Assembly (NCBI GenBank): GCA_951406725.2
Contig: OX597825.1
Location: 88,846,001-88,910,000, forward strand
DNA length: 64,000 nucleotides
Reading direction: 5' to 3'
DNA from: Octopus vulgaris
Taxonomy: Eukaryota
In this document: one piece after another, positions 24,720 to 38,780 of the stretch
How positions within the stretch are numbered: position 1 is the first letter of the stretch
Layout of the letters: each line of letters starts with the position of its first letter
Program-made: the position numbers and the translations under genes
The notes under the pieces: generated by a model
What the model saw: only the letters and a program-made list of their open reading frames with translations
Told to the model about the DNA's origin: nothing
Database searches by the model: none

Positions 24720-26361
24720 TGTATGTATGTATGTATGTATGTATGTACATGTTTGTATGTGTTTGTGTCTTATATCTATGTCTTACGAAAGCGTCCTCTA
24801 TGCACACTCATATCCTTTTTTCAAATACACAATTCAATATTTGTCATTAATAGGGAAAGAAGGAGAGTGTTAAAAGCAGTGAATCTTTTGACAAAATTCT
24901 AATGAGATTTCGTATGAATCACATTTGAAGTTCTGAGTTCCAATTTCACAGAACTCCAGTATATATACCCTCCATCCTACTTGAGGATACATAGAATAAA
25001 GCAACAATCTTGCAAATCCATTTTTTTAAAGCCATAACAATATAGAGAAGGCTGCTACGTTTTTAAGGAAGTGAATCTTCCCTTCCTTATAGAATTGTAT
25101 GCCAATGTCTTCAATCAGGATTGGCGCGTGAGAGAGGCAGCAGAATTAAATTAAATTAAAAGACCGTCGCCATTAGTGCACCATAGCCTCCAACCGCAAG
25201 TCTTCACATCAGACTGTCCTTTTCTTCCAGAACTCGTGTAAGTTTAAACCGGAGGACAAACTGGAAATGAGGAAGACTCGTAGCACAGCGGCAAAAGACC
25301 TGAGAGAAATTTCTCTTGTGGATGTTGCTGCCGCCGGCCTCTCTATTCCCCATGAGCCTTGTAGGCCACCAAGGAACCAACAAGCAGCAAGGGACAAAAG
25401 CATTTGTGGATCTATGTTCGCAAATTAAGGCATTGTATGATAATATTTCAAATATTTCAAATATTTCATTCTCCATTCTGCTTTCACGTATTACCATCCT
25501 CTTACCTTTAAAACCTTCCCTTTACATTTCATTATATATATATATATATATATACACACACATACATACATACAATGACAGACAGACAGATAGACAGACA
25601 TACAGACAAACAGCCAGATAGATAATATATACATACAAACATACAAACAAATATACATACATACGTGTATGTTTATGTGGCGGCTGGTACTATATGTACA
25701 TTTAAGCGCAATTCGATATATCACGCATTCATGCGCGCGCGCGTGTGTCTAAGACCGCTTATGCCATCAGGAACTCTTAGACAAATATAACAAATTGAAA
25801 TCTAAAGTATTCACCACCTTTTCTTTCACACCCCAACATGGCCAAGGTACAGCAATTCAGCTGTTTATTTGTTGTTAATGAAAAGAATTTCAAGATTGGA
25901 CCTGGTTCCATGGGAAAATTAGTCAGGCCACGCATTGGGCCCTTAACCCATACATAAACACACAAGTTTGCAGTAGACGAGCCCATACTGGAATATCTAC
26001 TATAAATGGACACCAAACACATGGCCAATGGGAAACTAAATGTAGCCTTATCTCTTAAACAATGATATACATATTTGGTAACGACGGTCCTTGACGCACA
26101 CTCCCTGATCATAGGAAGTGGTTGACATGACAACGACTGTATGATACATAAAAAGGGAAAATGGATGTATATGTATTTGATAGGGATGGGTAAGACAAAA
26201 TATTAATTTACCTAAAATTACTCTGTTATTAATGAACATAACCAGTTCTCAATAATTACGGTTAAAAAAGGTAAATAAAGACGATAAACCCCCCTTAATT
26301 AATTAAAAGACCATTAGATATGGAATGCAATGTGTAGTGATATCACTCTTTAACAGAACCG

Positions 26362-26407
26362 TGATACCAGACATGTTTCGGTATTAGTAACCCTCATCAG
26401 AGTTTCA
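26362..26407 (-). ncRNA. Minimal type I hammerhead ribozyme motif (stem I imperfect)
   Basis: Minus strand TGAAACT-CTGATGA-GGGTTACTAATACC-GAAA-CAT-GTC-TGGTATCA. Confidence 0.65.
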
Positions 26408-26747
26408 TTGAATGTTATTAAATAATCTCGGAACGAGCCGAGCTGGTAAAGCTTATTTGGAGATTAAACAGAGGATATATGACAAGTTGAAAAAACGATC
26501 GGAGAAAATATACACACGGCTATTTAATGAGTATCAAATTTGTAAATTTGATGTGAGAGTTAATTAAAAGTTTCTCTTTCATTGATGAGAAAAGTATTAT
26601 CCAAATGGTTCACTATGGTTATGAACATACACACATCATGTTTACATACATAAACATAAATCATGTGTACACTTAGCTACATCGGACGCACATAGATACA
26701 TATAGGTTCATATATGCACATCAAGAAACATATGTACACACACGCAC

Positions 26748-28600
<1,853 letters not shown>

Positions 28601-28607
28601 TGCTGAA

Positions 28608-28835
<228 letters not shown>

Positions 28836-28847
28836 TACCGGAGTAAA

Positions 28848-28885
28848 CTGTCCGATGAACGGCAACGCGAAACTCAGAGTAACAG
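28848..28885 (+). ncRNA. Minimal hammerhead ribozyme motif (CCGATGA core variant) in an 85-bp island within (TA)n
   Basis: CTGT-CCGATGA-ACGGCAACGC-GAAA-CTCAGA-GTA-ACAG. Confidence 0.72.
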
Positions 28886-28917
28886 GTTTTGTAGAATTTT
28901 CTGGTGCTTTAAATAAA

Positions 28918-28985
<68 letters not shown>

Positions 28986-29632
28986 GTAAGTATAAAAGCC
29001 ACCACATATTGACATACGGAGACATCTTGTCCTCACGCTTAGTAGCAAGATATAGGAAACACACATTACATAGACAGACATAGTTATTATCACTTATCGA
29101 GTATGTAGAGGGCGTCACACACTAGCTCGATTGGATTTACTACCAATGGGAGGACAGCAATTTTAGAATCCATGTGTCTGATTGTAATGCCTTAGCTGTC
29201 AACTTCCTGTCCTTGATCGAAATCATATTTTGCTAACAACGTCTTTCTTTTCCAATGTACTCCAGTCTGACACTTTCATTCAATTAGCAACAACGTCAAG
29301 TTTAAAACATTCCTATACATAAAGAACATTTCACGGAGAAAAGCATTACCAATGCACACATTTCCTTTTCTTATTGTGTGTGTTTGTGTGCGAATGTATG
29401 AGTATGTGGTAGAATCTGTACGGAGATATTTGTATATACTGTCTGTTTGTCAATTCATCCCGTTATCTATTTCTTTCTTTCATTCTTTCTTCATTTCTTC
29501 CTTCCTTCCTTTCTTTCCTTTCTGTTTTCTTTCTTTCCTACTGTCTTTCTTTCTGTCTTTCTATCAGTCTCTCTTTTTCTTTCTCTCTTTCTCTCTATCT
29601 ATCAGTTTCCCTATCTCTCTCTCTCTCTCTCT

Positions 29633-29680
<48 letters not shown>

Positions 29681-30244
29681 TCGCACACACGCACATGCAA
29701 ACATATATGTATATATCTGTATATATATATGCATGTATACACACATGTATATATACTCACACACATATATACATGGATGTATATGTTCATATATGTATGT
29801 GTGTTTGTTTGTGTGTGTATGAGGATACATGAGTGCGTGTGCCTTTGTGTGTGTGTGTTTATGTGTGTGGAATCAGTCGATGATTCACTCAAACGCAATG
29901 CTGTGAATCACCAGATACTTAATAAAATCCAAACTCAACACCGTGTGCAAGGTACTCTTTATCTCTCGTTAGTAAATATAAACGTGTGCCTAAGCGTGCG
30001 CGCACACTCTCCCTCCTGCTTCTACTCCACCTCCTCCTCCTCCTCCTCCCCTTCTCCTTCTACCATCAATATCTCCATTATTATTACTATTATTTTCATC
30101 ACTAAATCCTATTATAATCCTGCTATTCAGAGTTGATTTAACTGCAGACGATTTTTATATGATTAGGAGGCGCACTCACACACACACATACACACACACA
30201 CACGTACACACACACACGCACGCACGCACACGTACACACACATG

Positions 30245-30328
<84 letters not shown>

Positions 30329-30903
30329 GAAATGTCTCAAAAGACTCTTAGAAACTTTTAGAGAACGTGATCTATTTACTTTTCTTTTTTGAGGGGTAGG
30401 GGAATATCTCGAAACGCATACATAAAGCTATAAATACTAACATATCTACGGGAGTTGCAGGCTCGAGTCCCACGCACAGCCTTCGGTTTTCCTATCAAAA
30501 AACGTTTTCACCCCAATTTTTATAAGCTATTAAATATAGCTTTATGAATGTGTTTCGATATATATGTATGTGTGCGCGCACATATATATATTCAAAACCA
30601 CTGAGCCACCTCCAAGTTAGTCCCTCTTCCCACACCTCATCCCAGCAAACCAACATGAAGGTCATTTGTGCCGACATAACCAATGTCCTTCAGCAGTAAG
30701 TTCACACATTCTACAAGCGCCTCATCTGGAATTACCTGGACTTCCACCTCGAGAGAAATCCCGAGACAATGAGGTTATGACACTGCACGCTGGGGCCAGT
30801 GTGTCTTTGTCATTTTTCTAAACTCCTTTCTGCCCTCAGTCATAAATCAGCATAGAGGTCACTATTATTCAGATTTTCATTTAGATATCCTAGGTAATAC
30901 GGA

Positions 30904-31163
30904 TGTGGAGGCGCGTGGCTTAGTGGTTAGGGTGTCAGCATCATGATCGTAAGATTGTGTTTTCGATTCCTGGACCAGGCGACGCGTTGTGTTCTTGAGC
31001 GAAACACTTCATTTCACGTTGCTCTAGTCCACTCAGCTGGCAAAAATGAGTAACGCTTCGATGGACTGGCGTCCCGTCCAGCTGGGGAACATATACGCCA
31101 TTGAAACCGGGAAACCGGGCCCATGAGCCTGGTTAGGCTTTAAAAGGGCGCATTTATTTATTT
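30904..31163 (+). mobile_element. Full-length tRNA-derived SINE family B with 13-bp TSD
   Basis: A-box TGGCTTAGTGG, B-box TTTCGATTCC, TTTA tail; TSD TAGGTAATACGGA at 30891-30903 and 31164-31176. Confidence 0.93.
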
Positions 31164-33329
31164 TAGGTAATACGGAGAACATACTTTAACATACCTCTAG
31201 AGATTTTTCCGGATAGAGTTTAATGTCCATGTTTCTCATTTATATATCAAGCAAATCTGATGGGAAAGACGACAAGTCGCGCTAAATCATGCTGCCGAGA
31301 CTTGGCCTTGATATTTTCCCTCAATGTGAAAGAGGTCCAGGAGCTGAGATTTCTGAAATCACCTACCAGTCTGTCGATGTGCATGACCTGTTATGCAAGG
31401 TGACGTTTTCGTGTGGCCTGATGAAAGCTTACACTCATTCGCAGAATATCGATGCCTTTTCCTCGGTGAACGATTATCGAATGTCTTCTTAAAACCAGTA
31501 AAGCTCATAATTGCTGAATCGTTTCGCTTCGACATTCCTTCGATGATTTCAAACTCAATAGGTGTCCGATGGTTGTACATTCTTTTGATATAAGCAGAGC
31601 TGAAGAATTAGCGATACTGAAGTAATTAAATGTCAAATGTTAAACAAAAGTACCTGACCCAACACGATAATTCGCTGAAATACAAAAAAGTAAACTTTGG
31701 ATTCCTAAAACAAGTCCCGAGGCTTAAGGGATATGTAAATTTGATTGCATTACTATTGGAAGGATGTGGACTCGGAATAACAGTAGTAAGTACAACAAAT
31801 TATTTTGTCAGAATCTCTAACAATATTACGAATTCATCGTGATATGACCCAAAATATAAGACCCAACACCGATGGAGCAAATACGTGGGTGGTCAACCTG
31901 CTAGAAACAACTGCGATATGTGGTTTAAAGTGCAACCATCTTCTTGGAGAAAGACGGTATTGGATAATTTGGTTCTGGATGTTCTGTCATTTCCAGGGTA
32001 ACCATTGCTTTGATTCTAAGTCAACTCGATAAAGACTTACCTAGGGCTAAACCCCAGCACCAAGAATAATGCAACCTATGACAAAATAAAATAAAGAAAC
32101 ACACGTATAGGCCATGTGACCTAAACACTTGTGACGGCGAAATGTGTGAAGGCTCCATCAAAAACTCATCAAGCACAGCACAACTTGTATTATACCTAAA
32201 CATACTCTAATAACACACAAACGAAACATTAAATATCAATTCTTTATCTGAAACTCAAAATAAACCAACGAAGTTGTAATGGAGATAGAAGAGCAAGAAC
32301 AAACAAAAAAAAAAAAAAAGAAATGATAAATAAAATAAGAAGACGGAAAGCTGGAATGAGAAGCAATTAATATTCAGGTAGCATAGTTGTTCCCATGTAG
32401 AACCTGCATGTAGGGAAAGATGCGACTGCAACACACACACCATCGCATACACACACGCATGCGCACACATGCACACACAGAAGCAGGCAGACAGGCACAC
32501 AAACACACAGGCAGGTACGTATACACAGAGAGAGAGAGAGAGGCGGATAGTAAAGTATCAGTCGATAACACACCTATCTCATATACATTACCTAAAATAA
32601 GATTAGTCATACCAACTATATTAATAGCAAAATGTAATAGAAACCTCAGCGCACAGAAGCGCCCCCTATTAGCGAACTTGCTACAGTCACTCTATCCACA
32701 GTGCTTCCTGATTGCTGAATGAAATGTGACGTCATCAGTAAAAGACTGGAAGTAATGGTAGGCAAAGATGTAAGAACCCAAATGCCTTGAAATCACAACC
32801 TTGTACCGAAATGAAAGGAAATAGGTATCTGGCCGAATGGTGTCGTAAACACAAAAAGAAGAGATGGTCACTCTTGGAACGTTATTAATTGCAGCTTTGT
32901 TTAATCGGTGCTTCTTTAGATGGAGACAACAGCAACAACAATAACAAGTAAAACCCCTTTGCGCAAGAGATGAGACATTCTTTGGCCTTTGGACATTTCT
33001 CTTGCTAATATCAGACAAAGGGGCAGTTGTCTAATATTAAGATATTGAAGAAAGCCCCTAGTCTTTACAAACAATGGAATCGGGAATAAAATAAAGTTTT
33101 CAGTAGCATACGTGAAATAAAATGCTTTATACACGCACACGTAGACACACGTATATAGACACACACATATGTGATACACATATGCATACATATATGTATA
33201 CACATATGCATACATGCATGCATCCATCCATCCATCCATCCATCCATCCATACATAGATACATACATACATGCATACATGCATACATACATACATACATA
33301 CATACATAAACCAGACTAGTAACATCTCC

Positions 33330-33810
33330 ATCAATGATTTGACTGCTTCCCATGTATCTGACGAGGAATGTTACAGGTATCTAGGGGGTGGATGAAAATA
33401 TATCTTAGAATGGCGCCTGTAACAAAAGACGAGTCACTAAAGAATATTACAGCCAAATAAAGAAAATTTGGACCTCAGGACTCTCAATGTGTTTGCAGTG
33501 CCAGTGCTCATACCAGCAACTGAGTTGCTTGATCGGACGCTTAATGAGATCCGAGCCATTGATATGAAAACCCAAAAATTCTAACAAGCACACATAATTT
33601 CCACATAAACAGTGACATAGACCGCCTGTACCTAAAACGAAAACAAGGTGGCAGGGGCTTCACATTGATCCAAAATACCTTTGAATGTCGCATCATATCC
33701 CTTTGGTCACATCTTTTAACCACGAATTGTCGAAGTGCATCCCTTGGCCAGGTGTGCATATTTGAGGCTGATAACATCATAAGACTTGGAAGGCAGCTCC
33801 TTGAGCACCA
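33330..33810 (+). mobile_element. Decayed RLE-clade (R4/Dong-like) LINE internal fragment
   Basis: YRYLG..KEYYSQIKKIWTSGL..FAVPVLIP..IDMKT..NFHINSDIDRLYLKRKQGGRG. Confidence 0.82.
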
Positions 33811-33814
33811 CACT

Positions 33815-34395
33815 GTCTGATAACCTACAGAATTGGTCCCTAGAGCAGCGGAAGAATGTTATTTTCTCGGACAAGTCATCCTTTACTTTATTTCCGATCA
33901 CTGGCCGAGTATACATGCGGAGACAGCCAAAAGAAGCATTTGACCAAGACAGCCTTCTTCCAACTGTGAAACACGGAAGAGGATCTGTGATGATCTGGGC
34001 GCCTATATCTTGGAAATCCACCGGCCGAATGGTTTCCCTTCATGGCCGAATTGATAGGCAAGACTAAGCATTTTATCTGATTAAATTTAGCCTATGGTTG
34101 CGGAACTGCTTCCGGAGTGAAACGTAAATCTTTCAAGATGATAATGCACCAATTCACACAGCTAAAGTTGTTACTGAATGCCACGAGGAACATTCTAGTG
34201 AAGTTGAACATCTTATCTGGCCACCACAGTCCCCAGATCTCAATATCATTGAACGTTTATGGTGCATTTTAGAAAAAGAAGTAAGGAGCCGATATCCTCC
34301 ACCATCATCAATACAAGAACTGGAGACTGTTTTAGATGAAGAATGGACAAACGTTCCTTTGGAAACAATTCAAACTTTGTACGAGTCTATACCGA
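33815..34395 (+). mobile_element. Tc1 (DD34E) transposase fragment
   Basis: WSLEQRKNVIFSDKSSF...PTVKHGRGSVMIW...FQDDNAPIHTAK...WPPQSPDLNIIERLW...LYESIPR. Confidence 0.92.
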
Positions 34396-34992
34396 GAGAG
34401 AGAGAGGTTACAGGAGGTAATGGTGTCAGTGAGACCGAAAGGTGTCAGGTAATGCTGAGTAAGTGCTATGGATAGACAATAGTTAAGCTCTTGTTTCGGT
34501 GATTATGGGAATGAGGGTTCCAACGTAGGTCCATATATCAGCATGTGTATATATGAACATTTTTTTTTCAGAATGAGATAAAAAAAAACCAAGTATAGAG
34601 TTTGTACACAGTGATATTGAATCAAGGGTTTTATTTAAAGGACACAAACATAGTCACACTTATAATTAAATAAATACACACACACACACACACACATGTG
34701 TACACACATATTACGACGGGCTTCTTTCAGTTTCAGCCTACCAAATCCACTCACAAGGCGATTTAAATAAAACCCTTGATACAATAGCAATGTGCACTTG
34801 GAATGACCAGTTTTTAATACTATTGGAATTTATTCACAAGGTACTGGAACCTTATATGTATACCATTCTGCCTAAATAGTGGTCTACAAATGCAATATCC
34901 CTGCATATCTCACATCTATTTTCATTCCTCCACTTCACTCTCTATTTCGTATCTTATCTAAATTAAATTTTGCTTAACCATTTTCTTACATT

Positions 34993-35040
34993 GTCTCCGA
35001 TGAAGGGATATAATAAATATCCTGGAAACAGCTGTAAGAC
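34993..35040 (+). ncRNA. Minimal type I hammerhead ribozyme motif (CCGATGA core variant)
   Basis: GTCT-CCGATGA-AGGGATAT(AATAA)ATATCCTG-GAAA-CAGCTG-TA-AGAC; palindromic stem III, stem I GTCT/AGAC. Confidence 0.8.
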
Positions 35041-35114
35041 CTTCTATTTATAAAGGTTCTAAAATCTTCTCAGCCTTGTTTTTTTATCTCATTCTGAACA
35101 AAAACTAATATATA

Positions 35115-36207
35115 TTGAGGTACGTAGCATTTGATAAATCTATGATAAATCTTTTTCAATGGAAAGCTGTGCTGAAGAAGGATGTGAAATATATATGCAA
35201 TGTATATGAAATATATATGGAATATATATTCAATATGTTTATAATCCAGAAACATGATGTTCACAGATAACCACCAGACTTCGTTTTCGTTATCTATTCC
35301 TTCTGTTTTGCATATGTGAATTACAGGGTTTGTCATGCCCGGAGTCCAACTTTGATAGAAATAAGCATTCTTGACTGCTATTTCTATTTTTTCGGTATGC
35401 GGTCAAGCAACCTGTTTGCCTGTCCCTTTTTCTTATATACAATATATATACTGAACTTTACAGAAGTTCCTGCCGGTAATCGGCTATATTTACATACCGA
35501 ATTCTACCAGTAAATAATTGGGTTTTTTTAAAAGCCTTTATAGAAATTATTTACTCTTATTATTATATTACTATTTGGATTTTTCACTCCCTTATGACAA
35601 CCTAATAGTTCCCCATCTTATGGAACTATTTTTGTAGTGCGCATGGCAAAATTTTGGAGGGAAGATTTACGAATTCGAACGTCTATGTAGGTTTAGCTTT
35701 TGCTCACTTTCTTCAAATATTTTGATGTCGCATGGTCAGAAGGTTTGAGGTACGTAGCATTTGATAAATCTATGATAAATCTTTTTCAATGGAAAGCTGT
35801 GCTGAAGAAGGATGTGAAATATATATGCAATGTATATGAAATATATATCAAAAATATATATGGAATATATATTCAATATGTTTATAATCCAGAAACATGA
35901 TGTTCACAGATAACCACCAGACTTCGTTTTCGTTATCTATTCCTTCTGTTTTGCATATGTGAATTACAGGGTTTGTCATGCCCGGAGTCCAACTTTGATA
36001 GAAATAAGCATTCTTGACTGCTATTTCTATTTTTTCGGTATGCGGTCAAGCAACCTGTTTGCCTGTCCCTTTTTCTTATATACAATATATATACTGAACT
36101 TTACAGAAGTTCCTGCCGGTAATCAGCTATATTTACATACCGAATTCTACCAGTAAATAATTGGGGTTTTTTTAAAAGCCTTTATAGAAATTATTTACTC
36201 TTATTAT

Positions 36208-36210
<3 letters not shown>
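35115..36210. repeat. Near-identical direct repeat, ~450-465 bp (35115-35566 and 35745-36210)
   Basis: The copies differ by a ~13-nt indel and very few substitutions; also visible as duplicate ORFs 35316 and 35959. Confidence 0.95.
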
Positions 36211-36266
<56 letters not shown>

Positions 36267-36267
<1 letters not shown>

Positions 36268-36770
36268 CTCTTTTACTCTTTTACTTGTTTCAGTCATTTG
36301 ACTGCGGCCATGCTGGAGCACCGCCTTTACTTATGTATATATATCAAATAGGCACCTGCGTGGCTGTGTGGTAAGTAGTGTCGGGCCGATCAAACCCGTG
36401 TAAGAGGAAACGGAAAGGAACCCATTATATTGATATATGTTTGTGTGTGTGTGTTTTCTGTCTGTGTTTGTTTCCCGTAAAAAGCGGTTCGGGAAAAATG
36501 TCCCGATTAAATAAGTAAGAGACAAACAAACACACAAAAAAAGAAAAAGAATTAAAATAAATGGGATCAATTCGTTCGACTAAAATTCTTCAAGGTGTTG
36601 CTCCCGCATGGTCGCAGTTTAAAGCTTGCTTCTTAACCACCTGGTTCCGGGTTCAGTCCCACTGCATGGCACCTTGGCCAAGTGTCTTCTATAGTCTCGG
36701 GCCGACCAAATCGGTGTGAGGTAAGAATACGTGTGTGGTAGGCGGAAAGTGAAAGAAGCCCGTCGTAATA

Positions 36771-36821
<51 letters not shown>

Positions 36822-37297
36822 GTGTGTGTTTGTTTATCTATATGTGTATTTATATTTGTGTCCTCCCATCGCCATCGCTTGACAACCGATGTTGTGTGTT
36901 TATTGCCCCGTAACTTAGCGGTTCGTCATGTGACAGAATAAGTATTGGGCTTACAAAGAATAAGTCTTGGGGTAGATTTCTTCGATTAAAAAACCCCCAA
37001 AGACGGCGCTCCAGTATGGTCGCAGTCAAATGGCTGAAACAAGTAAAAGAATAAAAGAATAAGCATATAGCTGTCGGTGTGAGGTAAGAATACGTGTGTG
37101 TGTGTTTGTCACACCCACAAACCATCGCTTGACAATCGATGTTGGTGTGTTTACGTCCGCGTAAGGTAGCGGTTCGGCAAAACTGACCGATAGAATAAGT
37201 ACTTGGCTTACAATGAATGAGTCCCGGGGTCGATTTTTCGAATAAATGCGGTGCTCCAGCATGGCCGTAGTCAAATGACTGAAAGAAGTAAAAGAAT
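36267..37297 (+). mobile_element. Nested cluster of SINE family C copies (tRNA head plus 3' modules)
   Basis: Head TGGCTGTGTGGTAAG (36361)...GGTTCAGTCCCACTGCATGGCACCTTGG (36650), split by another module; 3' modules at 36855-37060 and 37105-37297; short inverted piece at 36267-36328. Confidence 0.82.
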
Positions 37298-37459
37298 ATA
37301 TATATATATTTATGGCACGCACACGTATGTATGATGGTGTATTTGTGTGAGCGTGTGTATGGTTCACTTTGTGCGTGTGTGTGTGTGTTTGTGTATGTAT
37401 GTGTGTTGTGGGGGGGTTGTATGTATGTGAGTAGGGCTCTGTTCCTCAGGATGTATATA

Positions 37460-37661
37460 TATATTTATTTCTTTACTACCCACAAGGGGCTAAACACAGA
37501 GGCTGACAAACAAGGACAGACAAAGGGATTAAGTCGATTACATCGACACCAGCGCGCAACTGCTACTTAATTTATTGACCCCGAAAGGATGAAAGGCAAC
37601 TGCAGATGAAATATCGGTCAGCATTTCGCCCAGCGTGCTAACGACTCTGCCAGCTCGCCGC
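37460..37661 (-). mobile_element. SINE family A with 16-bp TSD
   Basis: TSD CCTCAGGATGTATATA at 37444-37459 and 37662-37677; head GGCGGCGAGCTGGCAGAGTCGTTAGCACG on the minus strand. Confidence 0.92.
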
Positions 37662-38320
37662 CCTCAGGATGTATATAGTAAGGGTGTAGACGTCGGTGTG
37701 TGTAGTAGTGTGTATGAAGTCGTGAATGAATATAGGAGAGAGTGGGGGGGAAGGCAAGAGGAAGTCGTCAGGAAGGGATGAGGAAATGGGTGGGGGGGCT
37801 GGTAAGCCTGTTGTGAAAGGAAATTCCTCCTCCCACTCCCAATCAAAAAGCTGAAGAAAATAAAGAAGTAAAAGTTTGAGAGGCAGGAAAGAAATATGAG
37901 TGAGGTAGTGATGAGGAGAGGAAAGAGGAGAGAAGGGCTGAGGGGAAGAAGGAATGGTAGGGAGGAGGAGGAGGAGAGATGAAAGTGGAACAGAAAGAAG
38001 GGGAAGTAAGAGGGGATTGAAGGGTGAGGGAGGAAGTTGTGAAGTAAAGGAGGAGAGGGAAGAGGTATGAGGTAAGAGAGACGGGGGGGGGGAGGAATAA
38101 AGACGAAGAAGTCTAACAAGTTATTAAGATTCTCACTTATCAAACTTCCTTTCGTAAATTGTTGATTAATTTTATTAAATTTATCTCTTTATTTGTTTTA
38201 ATTATTTATTTATTATACGCTGTTTCTCGGATAATTTTTCTACTATTTCTGTTTTAATTTTTTTGGGGGGTGGGGGGTATTTTTTGGAGGGGAGGGGGGA
38301 GTGTTTGTTTTGATTTTCAG

Positions 38321-38428
38321 CGTTGCTGGTTGTTGGCGTCGGCGACGTTTTGTCAGGCTTGCCTGGCAGAAGCACCAGTGGAGCGGCTGGGAGCAACACT
38401 AGCTGAGATCTCTTTCCATCAACAACTT
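38321..38428 (+). CDS. Probable internal exon of an unidentified host gene (36 codons, phase 0-0): RCWLLASATFCQACLAEAPVERLGATLAEISFHQQL
   Basis: Acceptor TTTGTTTTGATTTTCAG, donor GTAAGT at 38429, 108 nt, GC-rich and not matching any repeat family seen here, only one open frame. Confidence 0.6.
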
Positions 38429-38585
38429 GTAAGTACTTGTCAGATGTCATATAAAACACTACAACACCACACACACACACAAGATTCGATATTCGTATAC
38501 ATACATACATACTTACACACACACATATATGTATGTATGTATAGATATATGTATATATATACATATATATCTACATACATACATG

Positions 38586-38656
<71 letters not shown>

Positions 38657-38714
38657 GTATATATATCTATATATCTATACATATAAATCTACATACATAC
38701 ATACACACACACAC

Positions 38715-38780
<66 letters not shown>

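Noticed and set aside
25777-26133. 118-aa minus-strand ORF
   Set aside because: No recognisable domain; lies in the probable Penelope UTR region next to a hammerhead
30560-31600. Possible very old Tc1/mariner fragments around the SINE
   Set aside because: Motifs too decayed to assign by eye
32727-32734. TGACGTCA CRE palindrome
   Set aside because: An 8-mer expected by chance in 64 kb, with no promoter context
35115-36210. CRISPR array or LTR retrotransposon
   Set aside because: Only two long units, no repeat-spacer pattern, no TG..CA ends, PBS or PPT; eukaryotic context
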